From: Octopus bimaculoides
Taxonomy: Eukaryota
NCBI RefSeq assembly: GCF_001194135.2
Contig: NC_068991.1
Location: 7,019,953 to 7,083,952, forward strand
Length of the DNA stretch: 64,000 nt
Direction of reading: 5' to 3'
Part shown: positions 1-11,956 of the stretch, piece by piece
Position numbering within the stretch: the stretch's first letter is position 1
Layout: each line of letters begins with the position of its first letter
Position numbers and translations under genes: made by a program
The notes under the pieces: model-generated
The model's input: only the letters and a program-made list of their open reading frames with translations
What the model was told of the DNA's origin: nothing
Database searches by the model: none

Positions 1-330
1 TTTACATTTTAGGTTCAAATTCTGCCAATGTTGTCTTTGCATTCCATAATTTTGAGGTCAGTAAAATAAGCATTAATTAAACACTGGGGTTGATGTAATT
101 GACTTACACTTTCCATCATCATCATCTGCTTTCCATGCTGGCAAGGGTTGGACGGTTTGACTAAAAACTAGTAAGCTGGTGGGACTGTACCAGGTTCCAA
201 TCTGATTTGGTAAGGTTTCTATGGCTGGATCCCCTTCCTAATGCCAACCACTATGAGAGTATAGTGGGTGCTTTTTATGGCATGGGTGCCATTGACTTGA
301 CACCAGCCACAACTACAGTCTCTCTTTCTT

Positions 331-379
<49 letters not shown>

Positions 380-1762
380 TGTTTCTGAGGCCCTGCCTTC
401 CCTCTTGACTAAAAAAATGAAGAAAGGAACAAGCAAAAGCACTTCATGATACCTGTGGGGGGCTCTCTGATGTTTGTTTATGAATATTAATATCAGTCTT
501 TTTTCATTTACCTACAGATAAAAATTAATAAATTTTTACACTTTAATCCCTAATACTAAACACAAATTAGACAATCATGACTGTAGTCCATAGTTTGAAT
601 TCAAAGGCTTGGCATAAGCTAGATTGTCTTGTTTATTATGGAGGTTAATTTTTTTTATATAAATCCTACAATTATTGATTGATTCGATGTTTTGAGTCTG
701 TCTCATATATGCAAGAAACCTACTGAAATATCGATTGATTCATTCAATGTGTATGTCTGTCTTCCTTGCTAGCAGGAGTGTGTGTGTGTGTGTGTTTGGT
801 TGTAGAAATCAAGCTAAAACTGAGACAGTGAAGTACTATGTGTCCTCCAACCTGTTAGATCCTGTTGCACCGGCCTACTCATGCTAGCATGGAAAGCAAA
901 TGTAAATTGATGATGATATATATATATGCATTAGATAGGCCATCATTGGAGTGTTAAGCTTTGAGTTTTCATCCAGACCCATTTATAATGGGCCTGTTTA
1001 GTTAGGACAAGTGGATTTGGGCAAAAATAATTATGCCTGTTGAGATTTATCTATAATTTAAACAGAAGCAATTCAAGTAAATTCCTGTTACCCATTTAGC
1101 AACTGTGGCACCACGAATGACTATTCAGTTGAAAGCAGTGGTGAGCTGGCAGAGCGGAATCATAAATGTGTTGGAAAATAAGCTTAGCAGCAATCCATCC
1201 CCACCCCCTCCCACCCAGTTCTTTATGTTCTAAGTTCAAATTCTGCTGAGGTTCACTACTTTTCATCCTTTCGGGGTTGATGAAATAAATTCCAATTGAG
1301 ATCTGAGGTCAAGGTAATCGATGTACCCCCTCAAAATTGCTGGCCTTGTTTCAAAATTAGAAAAAAAGAATGTTGAGATTCTCTAGAATGGTTTCATGTT
1401 GCCTGCTCTGAGACATATTTGAAACCTGCACTGCAAAACTAATAAAATATTTGGCAATTATTCAACGATTTCACTACTGACACAGGTAGACAATATCTTT
1501 TTATAGAATCTATTACAGTTTGGTAGGCTGGGCCGATGAGGTTTAAATATCTATGCCAGGTAATCTGCAGTGCTGGCTATGGGAAATAAACCCTCAATAC
1601 TTATGCTGAGGTGCAAACATTCTGTTGACTTAACTGGTTACACCTTTATAAACCTAGTTTGTTAAAACTTTCTGTACTGCTCGAGTTAAGCTAATAAATG
1701 AGAAGCTTGTACTTCAGAGCCTTCATCTATGTTGTTGATAATAAGTAATACCTATAGATATA

Positions 1763-1954
1763 CGAGGGGTGCTGAAAAGTTCCTGGCTTTAAAGATATCA
1801 TGAAAGGCCTGGTTGGAGTCCTAACCATTCAAGTTTAGAAAAACTGAAGGACTGCTGTGTCTGAGGGAGAATATGTTGAATAAAATCATAATTAACTGAT
1901 CTTCTTGTATTTTTAATTTTTACTCAACCTCAGGAGCTTTTCAGCACCCCCTCA
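1763..1954 (+). mobile_element. Mariner-derived MITE / internal deletion derivative
   Basis: About 23-bp imperfect TIRs (cgaggggtgctgaaaagttcctg / caggagcttttcagcaccccctca). It retains the mariner C-terminal codons EGEYVE* at ~1863-1883. Confidence 0.85.
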
Positions 1955-3072
1955 TTTACACAGGTGAGGTATGTCTATGTGGCTAAGAAGCACACCTTGT
2001 AATGATATAGTTTTAAGTTCAGTCTAACTGTGTGACACCTTGGACAGGTGTCTTCTTTAGTCCCTGGTCAACCAATGCCTTGGGAGTGAGTTTGCTAGAC
2101 AGAAATGTGTGGAAGCTGCCTGTATTTGTCACCCCACCACACACACACACACACACCATTTTCAACCAGTGTTGGTTTGTTTACATTCCCGTAAATCAGC
2201 CAACAGGCCAATAGAGTAAGTACAAGTCCTTAAGTTGATTCGTTATGACTAAAACCCTTCAAGGCAGAGCCCCATCTTGGCTGTAACCCGATACAAAAAA
2301 GCAAAAGCTAAGAGATAAGCACACAGCTGTAAATACTTCATTAATGTACCTACAATATAGGATGGATTTGTGAATATAGGAGCAGCTTAGTATTTGGTTA
2401 AGGTTTTCCTGAGTATATGTCGATCCAAGTGAAGCCCATATCCTAATTTTCTGAATGAATATATTTCTGTTCTGGATTGGAAAGTTACACAGTATATGTA
2501 TCACAGGTGGGACTTTGTCTTCCAATGATGGAACTTTTACGTAACAGATGATTTTTGTATCTTGTTTGCACAATTCTTAATGTGAACTTGTGTGTTGAAA
2601 TTTTTGTATTTTGGGAGGGTCATATCAATTATGAACACATGCACTGACTCTACTGCACTTCTTTATTATTCATTGATTAATTAACTATTTGACCCTTTAG
2701 CTTTCAGATTATTTTATCAAATGCATTGCTTATTCACATTGTTTTGAATGATATTGTAGAGTTGTTGTAAGGGGGCCAGATATGACTGGTTTGATTTACT
2801 TAATCAATTCAGAGACCTGAAGCTGAAGTGAAGAGAGATCGAGTGAGCATGTCATTGAAGAGGTCAAGAAAAGGACTTTGACAAACTTAATTGATTTTAT
2901 TAATCAAATGATTAACAAAGCAATCGATTGTTTAAACAGCTAATTGATGAATAATAAGTTAAATAGAATCAGTGTGTGTTTGTTATTGGCATAATGACCC
3001 CTAAGATACAATAGAAAAACGATGGCTTTTGTTTAGTTAATTAATGTTTTTTGTTTTTGTTTTTTATTTCAG

Positions 3073-3815
3073 AGAAACATCCTGAAGTGAAAAAGCTGTT
3101 TGGGCCAGATCCACATTTAAAATTCATAGTTTTATGTATGGTAATTATACAGATGATATCAATGTATTTTGTTAAGGACATGGACTGGATGTATATAATA
3201 ATATTTGCCTACTGTTTTGGCGGTGTCATTAACCATTCAATGTCTTTAGCTATTCATGAAATTGCCCATAATTTGGCTTTTGGAACAAAGTACCCACTGG
3301 CAAACAGAGCTTTGGGAATATTCGGCAACTTACCTCTTGGAGTGCCTGTCTCTATCACTTTTAAAAAATATCACCTGGAACATCATCGATTTCAAGGAGA
3401 GGATGACATAGATGTAGATATTCCCACCAAATTTGAAGCTAAGTTCTTTAATAGAACATTTACCAAATTTCTCTGGGTGGTTTTACAGCCATTGTTTTAC
3501 ACAATACGGCCATTTTTCATTCGTCCTAAGTCTTTGGAACTTTTGGAATTAATCAATATATTTGTACAGTTTAGCTTTGATGCTGTAGTGTTTTATTTCT
3601 TGGGTATAAAACCTATTGTGTACATGATTGCTGGAACGCTTTTGGCAACTGGACTACATCCAATGGCTGGGCATTTTATATCTGAGCATTACATGTTCAA
3701 GAAAGGATACGAAACCTACTCTTATTATGGGTGTCTCAACGCAATTACCTTCAATGTTGGTTTTCACAATGAGCATCACGATTTCCCTTATGTTGCTGGA
3801 AGTAAACTGCCTGCG
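3073..3815 (+). CDS. DEGS1: Sphingolipid delta-4 desaturase (DES1-family), internal coding exon (743 nt, phase 1 in, phase 0 out)
   Basis: Acceptor tttttatttcag at 3072 and donor gcg|gtaaga at 3816. The translation KHPEVKKLFGPD...GSKLPA contains the three desaturase His boxes HEIAH, HLEHH and HNEHH, plus LHPMAGHFISEHY and ETYSYYG. Confidence 0.97.
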
Positions 3816-4544
3816 GTAAGATTTATTTTGTTTAATTCTGTTCAAAATAACTTTATTCATTGCTATGCATATTCAGTTGTAGCTTACAAATCAGAAATTA
3901 TAGTCTTTTCACCAACTCTGATATATCTTGAAAATGTTGATGGAGTTTGATAGATTGACACAATGCAGATGTTTTCTTTGACCTATTTAGAAGTTGAAAG
4001 CAAATGGGTTATAAAAAGATGCACACAATTTTGAAAATTCAGTGCATTTTCTTTTATGCTATCTTTAAAGGTTTTTCTTTTAGTGTGAGTAAACTTTCAC
4101 AGAAATTTAGTACAAGTTGTGATAATGAAACTGAAATGTTTCATGTAAAGAATAACTAATTAACATTTGTAAAAACTGAAATAGCAGCTGCTGTATGTTT
4201 TAATAAGTTAATTGTGAATTTTTTTTTTTTTGCCCCGTTGATGTTACACCTAGTGCTATGATGCAATACAGATGAAAATTTTATATAGGCACATATGTTG
4301 GGTGGTGTGGCACCTTGGGCAAGTGTCTTTTATTGTCCTGGACCATCCAAAGCTTTGCGAGTAGATTTGGTAGACAGTAACTGAAAGCAGCATGTCATGT
4401 GTGTTATGTTTGTCCCCCACGACCACTTGACAACTGGTATTAGGTCTCTATAACTTAGTGGTTCAGCGAAAGAGAATCATAGAATACATACCAAGCTTTA
4501 AAAAAAATAAATGCTGAAACAAGTAAAAGATAATGTACACTGTT

Positions 4545-4757
4545 TATATTCTTTTCTACTCTAGGCACAAGGCCTGAAATTTTGGGAGAGTGGGGTAGTC
4601 AATTAGATCGACCGCAGTACGCAACTGGTACTTAATTTATCAACCCCGAAAGGATGAAAGGCAAAGTCGACCTCGGCGGAATTTGAACTCAGAACGTAAA
4701 GACAGACGAAATGCCGCTAAGCATTTCACCTGGCGTGCTAACGTTTCTGCCAGCCTG
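4545..4757 (-). mobile_element. tRNA-derived SINE (family A), well preserved, in DEGS1 last intron
   Basis: Reverse complement ctggcagaaacgttagcacgcc...gttctgagttcaaattccgccgaggtcgactttgcctttcatcc. Other copies lie at ~1140, 12180, 15200, 26990, 27910, 41885 and 42122. Confidence 0.88.
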
Positions 4758-5769
4758 CCACCCTGTATATTATAATCAGACTGGTGTCCTCCTCTTGATT
4801 GTTGCTTTCACTATTTTATTTCTGGATGTATGTTTAGTGCAACACCTGATGATAATCAGTGATCAGACTGAACAAGACATTGTACCATCACCATTTAACA
4901 TTCATTTCCTATGCTGACATGGGTTAGATGGTTCAACAGGAACTGGTAAATGAGAAGACTGCACCAAGCTCCAATGCACCAGATCCCTTTCCTAATGCCA
5001 ACCACTTTACAGTGTCTGCTAAGTATTTTTTATGTGGCAGTGACAGTAGTGAGGTTACCAGGTTACTCACAAGACAAGACCCCTCAACTGAGGGGGGCAG
5101 CATAATATCAAGGTGGTGTGTGGCTTTATGCCAGGTGATATGTGGTTAAAGTATGATAGGGGAACAGAAATAGGTGTCTAGCCGCAAAGGAAATACATGA
5201 TTACCTCTGTTGGAAATACCTTCATATCTAACGATGAGCTTAATAATCTGAAATATATTAGGCCAATTATTTTAAAATTAAACAATCAGGAAAAATATAT
5301 GGGAAACTGAAATAAGTAAATTTACCTTTATAGTAATGCAAATGTTAATATTGCTGTCTTTGATACCAACTGCCTGACACTGTTGATTTATATTACTGTA
5401 TTTTATGGCCTATAAGATGCACCTTTTTTTACCCAAAAATGGCTTTAAAAATCTCCCTGCATCCAATGCACTCAATGTAGGTATGTATGTTTACAAAACA
5501 TGTGCTGCCATCTATTGGTGAATAATCACCTATGGTATGTTTATATTGAATGTGGATGCATTAAATTGCTTATAATTACCGGTAATAACAAAGTTATACA
5601 GGTAAGTGGAGGAGTTAAAACATTATTTTAGTGGTAATTTTTTTTTACAATATATATATATAAATAAATATATACACACACATACATACATGTGTGTTTA
5701 TTTTGTTTCTAGTGCCTATTTTCATCAATGATTTAAAACTTATTTTCTGTTTTTGTTTTTTTTTTCCAG

Positions 5770-5916
5770 CTCCGTAAAATGGCACCAGAGTTTTATGACA
5801 ACCTACCATGTCACACCTCTTGGGTGAGGGTGATTTACGATTTCATATTTGATCCTGACATTGGACCATATTCAAGAATAAAGCGTTCTACAAAGCCTTT
5901 CAAATCTTCCAAGTAA
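5770..5916 (+). CDS. DEGS1: Sphingolipid delta-4 desaturase, terminal coding exon (48 aa + TAA)
   Basis: Acceptor ttttttttccag at 5769. Reads LRKMAPEFYDNLPCHTSWVRVIYDFIFDPDIGPYSRIKRSTKPFKSSK*, matching the DEGS C-terminus and in phase with the previous exon. Confidence 0.96.
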   Translation, partial: LRKMAPEFYDNLPCHTSWVRVIYDFIFDPDIGPYSRIKRSTKPFKSSK

Positions 5917-5962
5917 TTAGGAATGCTGTGTGGGTTTTTGTTTTTTTACCATTGAAAAATAT

Positions 5963-5968
5963 ATTAAA
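5963..5968 (+). promoter_or_regulatory. Candidate DEGS1 polyadenylation signal (ATTAAA variant)
   Basis: ATTAAA lies 47 nt after the stop and is followed by a T/GT-rich tract. The first canonical AATAAA (6191) is inside a SINE. Confidence 0.3.
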
Positions 5969-6084
5969 AATTTGTTTGAATTTTTAATTACTCATAATTG
6001 TAATTTTTGTTTTGCATTACTGGAATTCTGTACCTCAATTTTATTAATTTTATAAATCACATTATTACTAAGGTAACAAGCTGG

Positions 6085-7085
6085 CAGCCATTAGTATGCT
6101 GGGCGAAATGCTTAGCAGCATTTTGTTCTTCTTTACATTCTGAGTTCAAATTACACCAAGGTCTACTTTGCCTTTCATCCTTCCAGGGTCAATAAAATAA
6201 ATACCGGTTGAACACTGGGGTTGATGTAATCAACTTACCTCCTCCTGTGAACTTGCTGCCCTTGTGGCAAAATTTAAATCCATTGTTATTATTATGATTA
6301 TTTTTATTATTCAAGATGCTTCTTTTGCTGTTATTTTCTAAAAACATGATTATATCTATCAGTTTACAAATTCCTGGCAAAATTTCTACACATCTCTTCT
6401 GATACTGTTATATTAAGTAATAATACTTTTCTCTAATATCAAGCTATTGATTCTGTGACATTGCCATCTTACATGACTTTAGTGCTTCAAGAGAAGTAGT
6501 GGAGTGACAAGTGTCTAGCTATGTTACCTTATGTTCCGAGTTCAAATCCCACCGAGATGAATTTTGTCCTTCTTCCTGTTAAAGGTTAGTAAAATTAGTA
6601 TCATTGAGGTACTGGGCCTGATGTAATTGGTCATACTCCTCTGAAAAAATGTGGCCTTGTGTTCACATTATAATTGGCTAAGCTGGCAGAATTGTTAGCG
6701 CACTGGACGAAATGCTTAGCAGTATTTCATCTGCTGCTACGTTCTGAGTTCAAATTCCGCCAAGGTTGACTTTGCGTTTCATCCTTTTGGGGTTGATTAA
6801 GTAAGTACCAACTTAATCCCTTAATCAACTTAATCCCTTCCCCAAATTTGAGGCCTTGTGCTTCCAGTAGAAAGGATTATTATTATTATTAAGGCGGTGA
6901 GCTGGGATAATTGTTAGCTGCATTTCATCCCTCTTTGTGTTCTGAGTTCAAATTCTGCCGACGTCAACTTTACCTTTCATCCTTTCGGGGTCAATAAAAT
7001 AAGTACCAGTTGAACACTGGAGTTGATTTAATCGACTTATACTCTCCCCTGAAATTGCTGGCCTTGTGCCAAAATTTGAACTTAT
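6085..7085 (+). mobile_element. Cluster of four same-orientation family A SINE copies just 3' of DEGS1
   Basis: The core ttctgagttcaaat (one copy ttccgagttcaaat) recurs at ~6137, 6533, 6743 and 6941. Confidence 0.85.
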
Positions 7086-7287
7086 TACTATTATTGAAAG
7101 AAATTGGGTCGGACTTGTTTGTCAGTAATTACTTTCTTACAGAAGTACTTATTTTTAAATACATTAATGTGTGTGTGCGTGTGCGTGTGTGTGTGTGTGT
7201 GTGTTCATATACATATGTGTGATATATGATGTATGTCTATTTTGATTAATGTATGAAAAAAATGAAGTACCTAGCTTATAAGTATTC

Positions 7288-7911
7288 NNNNNNNNNNNNN
7301 NNNNNNNNNNNNNNNNNNNNNNNNNNNNNNNNNNNNNNNNNNNNNNNNNNNNNNNNNNNNNNNNNNNNNNNNNNNNNNNNNNNNNNNNNNNNNNNNNNNN
7401 NNNNNNNNNNNNNNNNNNNNNNNNNNNNNNNNNNNNNNNNNNNNNNNNNNNNNNNNNNNNNNNNNNNNNNNNNNNNNNNNNNNNNNNNNNNNNNNNNNNN
7501 NNNNNNNNNNNNNNNNNNNNNNNNNNNNNNNNNNNNNNNNNNNNNNNNNNNNNNNNNNNNNNNNNNNNNNNNNNNNNNNNNNNNNNNNNNNNNNNNNNNN
7601 NNNNNNNNNNNNNNNNNNNNNNNNNNNNNNNNNNNNNNNNNNNNNNNNNNNNNNNNNNNNNNNNNNNNNNNNNNNNNNNNNNNNNNNNNNNNNNNNNNNN
7701 NNNNNNNNNNNNNNNNNNNNNNNNNNNNNNNNNNNNNNNNNNNNNNNNNNNNNNNNNNNNNNNNNNNNNNNNNNNNNNNNNNNNNNNNNNNNNNNNNNNN
7801 NNNNNNNNNNNNNNNNNNNNNNNNNNNNNNNNNNNNNNNNNNNNNNNNNNNNNNNNNNNNNNNNNNNNNNNNNNNNNNNNNNNNNNNNNNNNNNNNNNNN
7901 NNNNNNNNNNN
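7288..7911. other. Assembly gap (N run)
   Basis: The other gaps are 26785-26969, 27335-27659, 31858-31936, 32442-32709, 34442-34971 and 43022-43031. Confidence 0.99.
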
Positions 7912-8720
7912 NCCCCCCCCCCCCATGAATTTTGCTTGTTTCTCTTGTGCATTACTTATTTGCTATCTGTTTGTGTCAAAACTTGCAATCAACCTACTTC
8001 ATGTTATCCTCAAAATTGCTATGTCCTTCCCCTTTATTCTTTTCAATATAATGGATGCAATTTTCTTTGATCTTTTTGGTCTAAATAATAATGTTTTCTT
8101 TTTTCCTTTGAATTTCTCATGTGACATGACTGTGTGGTTCAGTCCCACTGTGTGGCACTTTGAGCAATTGTCTTATATAACCCTGGGCCAGCCAAAGCCT
8201 CCTGGATGGATCTGGTAGACAGAAACTGAAAGACGCCATCGTGTGTGTGTGTGTGTGTCCACCCTTATCTAGACATCATATGATGGTCATAAACGAGCAT
8301 CATTGTCATACAAGTAATATTGTTCATTTCTAGTCTTCTGAAAAATGTCTAGCTATGGAAAAATATTACCTTGTCTGGAAATGAGTGAGGGATGGTGACA
8401 GGAAGGGCATCTGGCTGTAGAAAATCAGCTTCGATAAAATTCCATCTGAACCATGGAAAAGTGGAGATAAAATGAGACGAGAAATTTGAAAGTAGCACAA
8501 ATTTTTTTTCAAATGATTTTTAATATCTTGCCGTAAATATACCTTCTGTCTATATTTTGCAGTATTTTTCATGTGCAGTTTCAGCCGTTATGTGATAATT
8601 AGATTTGTTTCTAACAAACATCTGACTGAATAGTAATCAGATCACTATTCCTAACAAATATCTCATTGGTTCTTATGTGATTACATTGAAGAGCAGTATC
8701 GTTACTGAAATTAAAATTCT

Positions 8721-8850
8721 AAAAGCTTTTGTTAACCACTATTGGTCTCATGTTCCCAACCAACACCAAATACACTGAGTTGTTCAAAAGTTTTTGTTAA
8801 CCACTCTTGGTCTCATGTTCCCAACCAACACCAAATACACTGAGTTGTTC
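8721..8850. repeat. 65-bp tandem duplication
   Basis: Two units (8721-8785 and 8786-8850) differing at 2 positions. Confidence 0.95.
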
Positions 8851-11284
8851 AATTTAGACTGAAATCTTACTGTACAAATAATTAGGCAAGATTTCAGAAG
8901 GTAAAATAAATTATATTTTTATGTGAGAATATTTTATATTAAAAAAAAATATTTCCAAACACCAACTTAATATATCAATAAAAAAAATTTAACAACTTAT
9001 TTTGTTTTACTGAACTCCTCCAGATTTTCAGTTGTTTTTTTTTAATTGAATCATGTTTTTCCGTTAAAACATGGTTATGAAAAGGACTTTTTTGAACCAA
9101 TTTTTCCTGAAGCAAAGTACTGGCAATCTCCTCATTTTTGTATTTAACTTCAAAATGAAATTTATTTGGTTAAGTAACTAGCTACATTAAAAAATTTAGA
9201 AAAAAATCTAAATGCATCTGTAAATTACTTAAATTGATGATTTTGCAGTATCTGTATCAAATCATTCTTATAATAAACGCATCTTTTATTGATTGAGTTA
9301 AAAATAAGTTACCCTCTAGTAGCACGAACTTATGAGCAAAAGTGTTTCAGCTGTAGTCATTCTTGTTTCATGGCCAATATCAGTGACTACTTTGTTCTAC
9401 ATATTCTCCTTTATGAATTGTCAACATAGGGCAAGTTTCTTTAACTACATTACTAATGTTTTTAGAAAACCTCTCAAATCTTACTTTTTGTTTTCATTAA
9501 ACTTTGATTTGATTTTTTTTTTTTTAATGCATAAATCTTTTGATAATCTCGGCTCTTATTCAGAATTGTTGGAAATATCAATATTTAGATAAATATAGAA
9601 CTTTTCACAAATTCTGTTCAAATTAAAATCTAATATTTGTTGTATTAAAAATATAAATTATAATGTAAAACGAAAGACTTTTAATTTATTCAAAGTTATA
9701 TTTTCTTTAACCTTTCCATTTTCCTCAAATTCTTTAATTTTTATTTTAAAATTCCTTTGTGTAAGGAAGAAATGACATGGATCTTCCAAGACATGCTTTA
9801 AGTTTCTGTTTCCATGTACCATAATAAAAAAAAATTTCAAGATATGAAAACTGTTTTCAATTGTAAGATATGTATTTTTGTTTTTCTAATAAATTTTCTA
9901 GTCATGAAATTCCTAACAATATCCTGGATTTATGAGTGCTTTAAAGATCCTTGAAAATTTTTTAATATCTTTGAAAAATACCAAAAGTAGTTCAATTAAT
10001 CCAGATGCTTCAATCAAACTACTGCACTATTTTTGTTTATTCAGTCATCTATTAAATTCTGTTTATTTATTCTATTCTGATTTTACTGGAATAAAATTGA
10101 TATATAATTCTGCAATAAAAGAAAGTTAAATAATCCTCTAATTAGCTTCTATTTTGTTGCTTTTCTTTGATATTCTGATTTAAATTTTTATTTATTTATT
10201 TTGTTGGAATTAAAAAAGAATTGTTATTTTTGTCCTTTCTGAAATCTGTAAGAGAAGAAATTAATATTCAATGCCTGTTCTGTATTTGGTAGCTGTTGAA
10301 CCTCCGTCTCATTTTTAAATCATTAATTACATTTGATTTCCATGTGCTTTTTGTTTTAAATCTGTTTTGGGGCTCAAACAGAAAGCTTGAGTGCTTATTT
10401 CTTTTGCAATGTAGCAATCTAAGACTTGGTTTGATTTTAGCTCCTTTGTAGGGCCTCAGTGCTTTATAATTAAATTATGCAGTAATGCATGAGGCTTACA
10501 GTTTAAATTTAATGCAGTTAGTTTGAAGGGTTATCCTCTTCCAAATTTTGCTAGTATAGATATCTATCGACATAATTATACAGTCTACCATTTTTTTCTT
10601 ATTTATCAAAGATGAGTCTCAGTTTTCATAAGATGGTACCTGTTTGAGATGATGCTTTTTTCCTCTTCTCCAGATTCATATATTTCTACTTCAGTTGTAC
10701 CACTAAATCAACTTAATATCTATTTAATTTTGTCATGATACTTTGCTATATATTTTAGTTTTAGATATAATTTTATGAAAACTGTGTTTCATAACTATAT
10801 GCTCTTTAAATTACCTATCATGTTCAACTAACAAACACCACTTTTGTGTTGTCTATGATTTAAATAGCATTCAGTAAAAGCAGAGTTAACCAATCAGTAT
10901 TCTATGAATTGAATCAAATTAAAAATTTCTTTGTAATAAAATCAGCACATTGAAAAGGAATGATAATAAAATTTAGTCTAATTTCAAATTTAAATGTCGT
11001 AATCTATAATTAGTTAGTGAACCAAGGACAGGTCATATTGGATGTTTTCCTCTCTGTTGACTATGGCTTGACAGCACATGCAATGCACACTTCTTGCTGG
11101 GTTCTTGCCATAGTTTTATTGAAGTCATACCAGCTACATTTAACTCTTAATAAACTTATTCCTTTGGCTTTTTTATGCTTGAAGTATGTTTTTAATTTAG
11201 ATATACTAATAAAAATAGTATTATACTAACTTGAAATTCTTTTTATGAAAGAATAACAGGAAGTTTGAAATTATCATTTTAATA

Positions 11285-11342
11285 AATTCTGGTCTTGCGT
11301 AACATTGTTGAGTGCTGCTCAATGTTACATAAGACCAGAATT
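11285..11342. repeat. 58-bp near-perfect palindrome flanked by TA
   Basis: Arms taaattctggtcttgcgtaacattg and caatgttacataagaccagaattta pair over 25 bp with one G-T and one mismatch, around a 12-nt loop. Confidence 0.9.
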
Positions 11343-11753
11343 TAGATATAATAGCCCCAAAGCCTTCATTGCAAAATTTCAAATCAATTTCTTCCTAAAG
11401 TTTCTTAAATATTTGTCCTAGTAAGATAATATCTCACAAGTATCTCAGCAAAAATATGGCTACTGAGATAAGAACCAAGAATTCCCATGGTAATGCTATG
11501 TCAGTGTTGATATATATTATGGTGAAAACCAGACATTAGATATGAAATAGTTGTTGGTTTCAGCCAGGTGTGGAGAATCTCTTGCGAAGTAGCTAAGTAC
11601 TTGTGGAGCTTATCTTTTGAAACAAATATTAAATCTTTAATTTTATAACTGTATATAATAAATGAATGTTTGGGTGCTAAGACAAACATTTTTTTTTCAT
11701 ATTGGTTTTTAGGGATTTGCTGCAGGCCATTTTAATTTCAATACAGGTGAAGT

Positions 11754-11956
11754 GTAATGCAGCAAACTGGCAGAAACGTTAGCATGCCAGGTGAAATGCT
11801 TAGCATTTTACATTCTGAGTTCAAATTCCGCCGAGTTCAACTTTGCCTTTCATCCTTTCGGGAACAATAAATTAAGTACCAGTTGTGTACTGGAGTCAGT
11901 GTAATTGACTGGGATCCTCCCCCAAAATTTCAGGCCTTGTGCCTAGAGTAGAAAAG
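11754..11956 (+). mobile_element. tRNA-derived SINE (family A) with 14-bp TSD
   Basis: Family A consensus flanked by aatacaggtgaagt at 11740-11753 and 11957-11970. Confidence 0.88.

Noticed and set aside
3816-3950. ORF track extends the desaturase to 299 aa
   Set aside because: It is read-through past a strong gtaaga donor. Homology stops at KLPA and resumes in the exon at 5770.
7164-8218. Long ORFs of X residues here and at 26.7-27.9, 31.8, 32.3-32.8 and 34.3-35.0 kb
   Set aside because: Artefacts of translating N gaps.
9650-9960. IRF-like look of IFKA...WKQKLKACLGRS...KVFRF
   Set aside because: The pieces are in different frames, the spacing is too long, and the Trp repeat of IRF DNA-binding domains is absent. 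Kept only as part of the unidentified fossil.
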